From: Acidimicrobiia bacterium
GTDB lineage: Bacteria; Actinomycetota; Acidimicrobiia; Spongiisociales; JAENVV01
Reading direction: 5' to 3'
Length of the DNA stretch: 64,000 nucleotides
Assembly (NCBI GenBank): GCA_041577335.1
Contig: JBFGJH010000011.1
Location: 1 to 64,000, forward strand
The notes beneath the pieces were generated by a model, which was given only the letters and a program-made list of their open reading frames with translations, searched no databases and had not been told where the DNA came from. The translations under genes were made by a program, and so were the position numbers. Positions 58,516-64,000 of the stretch are shown piece by piece (position 1 is the stretch's first letter; every line of letters starts with the position of its first letter).

Positions 58516-59256
58516 TCAGCGGCGAATGCGGGCACTGACTGCAGATGCCAGCTCGCAGATACGCACACCGATGGCGGCCGGGTCGGTGGAGCCGGGGTAC
58601 CGAAACGAAGGGCCGTATGCCGAGATCGACGCAACTGCGAGGCCATCTCTGCCCACGATGGGCGCAGCGACGCCGTTGATCTCTTCATGGAAGTCGGCGA
58701 ATGTCCACACAAAGCCGTCGCGCCGAGCCGACGCCAGTTTGGCGATCAGCCGATCCAACGTGGTAGCCGTGGCAGCCGTGTGAGCCACCAGTCCTTTCGA
58801 TGCGTACTCGGAGACCCCCTCGTCCGACCAGGTTGCCATGAGCGCCAATCCACCAGCAACGGTATGAAGCGGGAGCCGCATGCCCGTCCAATCGCGCGTT
58901 TGGACGGCATCGTCGCTCGTCACCTGATCGAGGTAGAGGGCTTGGCGGCCCTCTACGACGGTGAGCCCGGCCGCTTCACCAAATTCGGCAACGAGGTCGC
59001 GCAAGTACGGCCGGCACATGTCGCGGATCGCCGGAGTCGAAGACACGGTGGTCGTCAAGCTCGTCAGGCCCGCCCCGATGGCGTACCGGCCAGACGCATC
59101 GATCTGCTCCACGAGGCCGAGCTCGTCGAGGCTCGCCAAGATCCGGTGAACGGTGCTCTTGGGAAGATCCGTAACGCGGGCGATCTGGCTCACGCCGGCG
59201 CCTCCGGTGTCGGCGAGCGCCCGCAGGATCGAAACCGTTCGTTCAATGGTCTGCAT
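58516..59256 (-). CDS. IclR family transcriptional regulator
   Basis: LPKSTVHRIL HTH, G.RLPLHT.AGG, GVAAPI; TAGGAT 7 nt before ATG 59256. Confidence 0.93.
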   Translation of the reverse strand: MQTIERTVSILRALADTGGAGVSQIARVTDLPKSTVHRILASLDELGLVEQIDASGRYAIGAGLTSLTTTVSSTPAIRDMCRPYLRDLVAEFGEAAGLTVVEGRQALYLDQVTSDDAVQTRDWTGMRLPLHTVAGGLALMATWSDEGVSEYASKGLVAHTAATATTLDRLIAKLASARRDGFVWTFADFHEEINGVAAPIVGRDGLAVASISAYGPSFRYPGSTDPAAIGVRICELASAVSARIRR

Positions 59257-59274
59257 CCGGCACATCCTACGGAA

Positions 59275-59297
59275 TGGAACGTCCCATTGAACAGAAC
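59275..59297. promoter_or_regulatory. Putative IclR operator 2
   Basis: TGGAAC GTCCCA-TTGAA-CAGAAC, same layout as the 54504-54526 site, between divergent iclR and GcvT genes. Confidence 0.6.
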
Positions 59298-59306
59298 GCA
59301 GCGCCG

Positions 59307-61754
59307 ATGACTGCTGCTGATCTGCCCGAACGCGCGCAGGTGGTCGTGGTCGGCGGCGGCATCGTTGGATGTAGCGTTGCGTACCATCTCGCTCGGCGCG
59401 GCATCACCGATGTGCTTCTTCTCGAACAGGGACAGCTCACGGGTGGCACCACATGGCACGCTGCCGGCCTCGTATCTCAGCTCAAGTCATCGCACAGCCT
59501 CACCCGGCTGGCCACATATACGGCCCGCCTGTATGAAGAGCTGGAGGACGAGACCGGCCAGGCAACTGGTTACCGGACGCCGGGGTCGATCTCGGTAGCC
59601 GCGGACGACGAGCGCTGGGAAGAGATTCTGAGGGGCATGTCGATGGCGAAGACGGTGGGGGTGGAGGCCTACGAGATCCCGCTGGACGAGGCCCAGGAGC
59701 GTTGGCCCCTCATGGCTGTCGACGACCTGGTCGGGGCGGTGTGGCTTCCCCACGATGGCCAAACCAGCCCGGTCGACACAACGCTGGCGCTTGCCAAGGG
59801 GGCTCGCGATCGTGGCGTCATCATCCGTGAGGGTATTGCCGTGACAGAGATCCTGGTTTCTGGGCAGCGGGCGATTGGGGTGGCCACCGAACTTGGCCCG
59901 GTCGAGGCCGAGAGCGTCGTTCTCTGCGGCGGGATGTGGACACGACAGCTGGCGGCCACCGCCGGCGTCAATGTTCCACTTCAGGCATGCGAGCACTTCT
60001 ATCTCGTAACCGAGCCCATCGATGGGGTGGAAACGGGGATGCCGACGCTGCGCGATCCGGGCAACCACACCTATTTCAAGGAGGAGACCGGCAAGATCAT
60101 GGCGGGCTTTTTCGAGCCACGCGGCAAGGTATGGCGGCTCGGCGGCATACCACGCGATTTCTCCTTTGCTTCTCTGCCCGAGGACTGGGAACACATTGGC
60201 CCGGTTTTCGAGAAGGCGATCGAGCGGGTTCCGGCCCTCGCCGATGCCGGGATCCAGTTGTTCTTCAACGGTCCCGAAGCGTTCACCCCCGACGGGGTCT
60301 ATTACCTGGGGGAGAGCCCCGAGGTCGATCGATGCTACGTGGCGGCCGGTTTCAACTCGGTCGGGATTCAGTCCGCCGGCGGCGCTGGTTGGGTTCTGGC
60401 TGACTGGATAGCGGACAGCCACCCGCCGATGGACCTGTGGCCCGTGGATATTCGGAGGACGTTTCCCTTCCAGGGCACCCCGGACTTTCTCGAAGAACGA
60501 ATATCTGAATCGCTGGGCTTGCTCTACGCAATGCATTGGCCGTTCCGCCAGTACGAGAGTGCACGGGGAAAGCTGATGTCGCCACTGCACAGCCGCCTCG
60601 ATGAAGCCGGAGCCGTGTTTGGGGAAACGGCCGGATGGGAGCGACCCAATTGGTATGCCGTCGAGGGCCAAGACCGGGTTTATGAGTATTCCTATGGCAA
60701 ACAAAACTGGTTCCAGGCCAGCGGCGAGGAGTGTCGGGCAGTGCGCTCGGGCGTTGGCCTCTTCGACCAGACCTCATTCGCCAAGTTCGAGGTTTCCGGC
60801 CCCGAGGCTCTGAGCGTGCTCAACGAATTGTCGGCCAACGACATCGATGTACCGATCGGCAAGGTGGTCTACACCCAGTGGCTCAACGACCGGGGAGGTA
60901 TCGAGGCCGACCTCACGATCACTCATACGAGTGAGGACTCGTTTCTCGTGGTCTCGGGAGCGGCGGTGCGCACCCGAGATTTCACCCGTCTGCGACGGCA
61001 CCTTCGCGGGCGACAGGCAACAGCACGTGACGTCACCGAAGAGCTGGCTGTCCTCGGGATCATGGGGCCGGAATCGAGGACGCTGCTCAGCGAGACCACG
61101 CGGGCCGACCTCAGCAATGAGGGTTTCCCGTTCGGCACCTCGCAGGTCGTTGGCGTGGCCGGCCATGAGGTGCGGGCGCTGCGAATGAGTTACGTCGGAG
61201 AGCTCGGATGGGAGCTCTACGTGCCCGTCGGCGAGGCGGGAGCGGTCTTCGATGCTGTCGTCGACGCGGGGGAGCCTCACGGGCTGCGGATGGCCGGCTA
61301 TCACGCCATGAACAGTCTCCGACTCGAAGCCGGCTACCGGCATTGGGGCCACGACATCACCGACGAAGACACCCCGCTCCAAGCGGGACTCGGGTTCGCT
61401 GTCGGCTGGGAGAAGCCCGGCGGATTCATCGGTCGGGAGGCGCTCACGGCGCAACGCGGCACGGTTCCCACCAAGCGGCTTGTCCAGCTGAAGCTTCACG
61501 ACCCCGACCGACTGCTCTACCACGACGAACCCGTGTATCGGGACGGTGTGCTGGTGGGCCGCACCACCTCGGGAATGTGGAGCTACACCCAGAATGCGGC
61601 TCTGGCAATGGCCTATCTCGAACACCCCGACGGGGTCAGCGCAGAGTATCTCGATGCCGGGTCGTACGAGATCGAAGTGGCCGGCAAGCCGATTGCCGCC
61701 TCCGTCTCTCTGCGATCGTTCTACGACCCACGCAATGAGCGGGTGAAGGTCTGA
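59307..61754 (+). CDS. Sarcosine/dimethylglycine dehydrogenase family (DAO + GcvT domains); alternative start 59274
   Basis: VGGGIVG, GTTWHAAGL, FFNGPEAFTPD, GWERPNW, SYVGELGWELY, RLEAGYRHWG. Confidence 0.93.
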   Translation: MTAADLPERAQVVVVGGGIVGCSVAYHLARRGITDVLLLEQGQLTGGTTWHAAGLVSQLKSSHSLTRLATYTARLYEELEDETGQATGYRTPGSISVAADDERWEEILRGMSMAKTVGVEAYEIPLDEAQERWPLMAVDDLVGAVWLPHDGQTSPVDTTLALAKGARDRGVIIREGIAVTEILVSGQRAIGVATELGPVEAESVVLCGGMWTRQLAATAGVNVPLQACEHFYLVTEPIDGVETGMPTLRDPGNHTYFKEETGKIMAGFFEPRGKVWRLGGIPRDFSFASLPEDWEHIGPVFEKAIERVPALADAGIQLFFNGPEAFTPDGVYYLGESPEVDRCYVAAGFNSVGIQSAGGAGWVLADWIADSHPPMDLWPVDIRRTFPFQGTPDFLEERISESLGLLYAMHWPFRQYESARGKLMSPLHSRLDEAGAVFGETAGWERPNWYAVEGQDRVYEYSYGKQNWFQASGEECRAVRSGVGLFDQTSFAKFEVSGPEALSVLNELSANDIDVPIGKVVYTQWLNDRGGIEADLTITHTSEDSFLVVSGAAVRTRDFTRLRRHLRGRQATARDVTEELAVLGIMGPESRTLLSETTRADLSNEGFPFGTSQVVGVAGHEVRALRMSYVGELGWELYVPVGEAGAVFDAVVDAGEPHGLRMAGYHAMNSLRLEAGYRHWGHDITDEDTPLQAGLGFAVGWEKPGGFIGREALTAQRGTVPTKRLVQLKLHDPDRLLYHDEPVYRDGVLVGRTTSGMWSYTQNAALAMAYLEHPDGVSAEYLDAGSYEIEVAGKPIAASVSLRSFYDPRNERVKV

Positions 61755-61784
61755 TCGGTTCCGCCATCGGGTCTGATCAGAGAG

Positions 61785-62546
61785 TTACGCGTCTCTGCGG
61801 ACTGCGATGAGGACAGCAACAGTCAACGCCAAAGTCGTCCACCCGGCCAGCACGGCGGCGGCGGCGGGTGGATCGGGCACGTAGATGGGCACGATCCCAG
61901 TGAGGTCGAACTGGCCGAAGATCCCGGTCACCGCATTGCTCAAGGAGATCCGCCGGTAGATCGGTAGGAGCCCGAGGATCTGCTCTGCGAAGGAGAATCC
62001 CAGCGTGAGCCCGACGGCGAGGGCCGCCGATCGGAACAGGACCGACCCGAGCAAAGCGATGCCCACCCAAGCAACCTGGACGAGCAGCACCTTCCCGATG
62101 ATCACGGAGATCTCACCGAAGGTCAGGAATCCGCTCCCCTCGGCGAGCACGACGGTGATGGCCAAGGTCACGACCGCCGTGATCAGGATGATTGCTGCCG
62201 AGACTGCGGTGAGGACGATGAACTTGGCTCCGAGGTGCCGAGTCCTTCGCGAATCCCACGTGAGTGAGACCGGCCAGGTGCCCTTGGCATACTCACCCGC
62301 CACGATGATGGTGACGAGGATGATCGGAACCCACGTGTTGCCGGCGGCACTCTGGAGCGCTGAGACATAGGCCTCAGGCTTCGTCGGCGGAGGGAGCACC
62401 AGCTCGTCGGTGCCTTCCAGGATGTCGGCCAGGATGAGAGTGAACGCCGTTCCGATGCCGGACAGCGCAACGGAAACCAGGGCGAGGATCCAAGCCAGCT
62501 TCCTGCGGGTGACCTTGGTCCACTCGGCGCGTATCAGCCCGGTCAT
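61785..62546 (-). CDS. ABC-2 type transporter permease
   Basis: LIRAEWTK, GEYAKGTW, AKF, ends RRDA; about 6 TM. Confidence 0.88.
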   Translation of the reverse strand: MTGLIRAEWTKVTRRKLAWILALVSVALSGIGTAFTLILADILEGTDELVLPPPTKPEAYVSALQSAAGNTWVPIILVTIIVAGEYAKGTWPVSLTWDSRRTRHLGAKFIVLTAVSAAIILITAVVTLAITVVLAEGSGFLTFGEISVIIGKVLLVQVAWVGIALLGSVLFRSAALAVGLTLGFSFAEQILGLLPIYRRISLSNAVTGIFGQFDLTGIVPIYVPDPPAAAAVLAGWTTLALTVAVLIAVRRDA

Positions 62547-63436
62547 CGGTCGGCTTCGGTGAGCTCGAGGAAGACCTGTTCCAGGCCCCGCTTTTCGACG
62601 ATGAGCTCGAAGGGGTACACGCCGGCGTCAGCCAATGCCCGTCCCGCCGCGCGTGCGTCCAGGGTCTCTGCGTAGATCCGCTCCCCTCGGGTGCTTGCCG
62701 TTATACCCGCTTGCGCCAGTGCGGTCAGCGCCTCATCGCTCTCGGAACTGTCGACTCCAATGCGCGTCTTGTCGGTCCCGATGAGCTCGGCGACAGATCC
62801 TTCGGCCACCAACCTGCCCCGGTTGATGATCACGACGTAGTCGGCCAGAGCCTGGATGTCGGCGAGCACATGCGACGACACCACCACGGTTTTGCCATCG
62901 TCGACCAGCCTCCGGAGCAGCTCGCGAAGAGTCTTCTGGCCCGCCGGGTCGAGGCCGTCCATCGGTTCGTCCAAGAGAAGGAGCTCGGGGTCATTCAACA
63001 GTGCCATTCCCAGGGCCAAGCGCTGCTTCATGCCCTTGGAGTATCCGCTCACTTTGTCATCGGCTCGTTCGGCAAGCCCAATGAGGTCGAGCGTGCCAAC
63101 GATATCGCCGCCATCTCCACGGCTTCGTTGTGCCACGACCAGGTTGTCGCGGCCGCTCAGCGTGTCATACAGCGCCGGTCCCTCGACCATTGCCCCGACG
63201 CGCCCGATGACACTTTGGAGGTTGTTGGACGTGTCGACACCCAACAGGGAGGCCGTGCCCGCGTTGGGGCGCGCCAAGCCGAGAAGAATGCGGAAGGTGG
63301 TTGTCTTTCCGGCACCGTTCGGCCCGAGAAAGCCGATCAGCCGGCCTCGCGGGAACGTGAGTGACAGGCCGTCGAGGGCCAGCGTCTTCTTGAAGATCTT
63401 GCGAAGCCCAATCATCTGAGCTGCAGGGGAAGTCAT
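62543..63436 (-). CDS. ABC-2 exporter ATP-binding protein
   Basis: GPNGAGKTT, YSKGMKQRL, LDEPMDGLD, LEQVFLELT. Confidence 0.93.
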   Translation of the reverse strand: MTSPAAQMIGLRKIFKKTLALDGLSLTFPRGRLIGFLGPNGAGKTTTFRILLGLARPNAGTASLLGVDTSNNLQSVIGRVGAMVEGPALYDTLSGRDNLVVAQRSRGDGGDIVGTLDLIGLAERADDKVSGYSKGMKQRLALGMALLNDPELLLLDEPMDGLDPAGQKTLRELLRRLVDDGKTVVVSSHVLADIQALADYVVIINRGRLVAEGSVAELIGTDKTRIGVDSSESDEALTALAQAGITASTRGERIYAETLDARAAGRALADAGVYPFELIVEKRGLEQVFLELTEADR

Positions 63437-63471
63437 CGCAGAAACCTAGCGGGTGGCGTCTGTCGGGCCAG

Positions 63472-63999
63472 TTAGCGTGTGAATCGGCCGAGGCGCCGGC
63501 GCTCGTCTTCCATGATCTCGATCTCCCGGGCTCCGGACACCACGATGTCGCGGTCAGTCATGAAATCCAACTGGTCGCTGCGGCCGTCGTAGTCGACCGC
63601 GTTGAGGATCACCTTCATGGCATTGAGGCGCGCCTTCTGTTTGCTCTCCGACCGGATGATCGTCCACGGAGCGGCGATCGTGGACGTCGCCTTCAGCATC
63701 TGGTACTTCATCTCGGTGAATTCGTCCCAGTGCTCCTGGGCTTGGACATCGACCTCTGAGAGTTTCCACTGCCGGAGCGGGTCATTGATTCGGCGTTCGA
63801 AGCGGCGCGCTTGCTCTTCTTTCGAGACCGAGAAATACAGTTTGAGAAGGATCGTGCCTTGCCGAACGAGGTCCTTTTCGAAGCCGACGACACCGCGTAG
63901 GAATGCCCGGTATTCGTCGTCGGTGCAGAACCCGAACACGGGCTCGACCATCGCTCGGTTGTACCAGGAGCGGTCGAACAGCACGATCTCGCCACCGCG
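63472..63999 (-). CDS. ppk2: Polyphosphate kinase 2 (5' end beyond the window)
   Basis: GEIVLFDRSWYNRA, LRQWKLSEVD, APWTII.S..K..ARLN. Confidence 0.95.
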   Translation of the reverse strand, partial: RGGEIVLFDRSWYNRAMVEPVFGFCTDDEYRAFLRGVVGFEKDLVRQGTILLKLYFSVSKEEQARRFERRINDPLRQWKLSEVDVQAQEHWDEFTEMKYQMLKATSTIAAPWTIIRSESKQKARLNAMKVILNAVDYDGRSDQLDFMTDRDIVVSGAREIEIMEDERRRLGRFTR

Positions 64000-64000
64000 A

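Overview
High-GC, gene-dense bacterial chromosome segment. Gene content and synteny (FHA-MerR-DUF151-MerR cluster, regX3/senX3, F420-type LLM, TipA, DUF4395) point to an actinobacterium, plausibly Acidimicrobiia-like (inference). About 65 CDS, in order: an opp-type peptide ABC operon; a large secreted beta-rich protein; a pgsA2-gcvH-garA-like-MerR-DUF151-MerR cluster with inserted genes; an EF-G paralogue; a complete pstSCAB-phoU-regX3-senX3 operon with a PHO box; a GT64-like glycosyltransferase; an FNR fusion; rnhB; cysteine synthase; an E1alpha/E1beta-ribokinase-nucleoside hydrolase operon; DUF4395-thioredoxin; surE, glpD, pfkA, photolyase, deoD, TipA, ALDH7, yaaA; a methylamine/betaine catabolic cluster (two GcvT-fused dehydrogenases, MttB-family methyltransferase, IclR); an ABC-2 exporter; and partial ppk2. 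I saw no rRNA, tRNA, CRISPR array or transposase. Signals beyond the ORF track: an unannotated leaderless Cys-rich leader peptide with a hairpin before DUF4395; a T7 endonuclease I-like protein and a divergent HPRT inside a cell-division regulator cluster; a bacterial exostosin-C/GT64-like enzyme; a degenerate TrxB-FNR fusion; shared IclR operators; a TipAL/TipAS dual start; a deleted and frameshifted SRPBCC pseudogene; and pervasive leaderless promoters. All family calls are from motif recognition by eye, not database searches.
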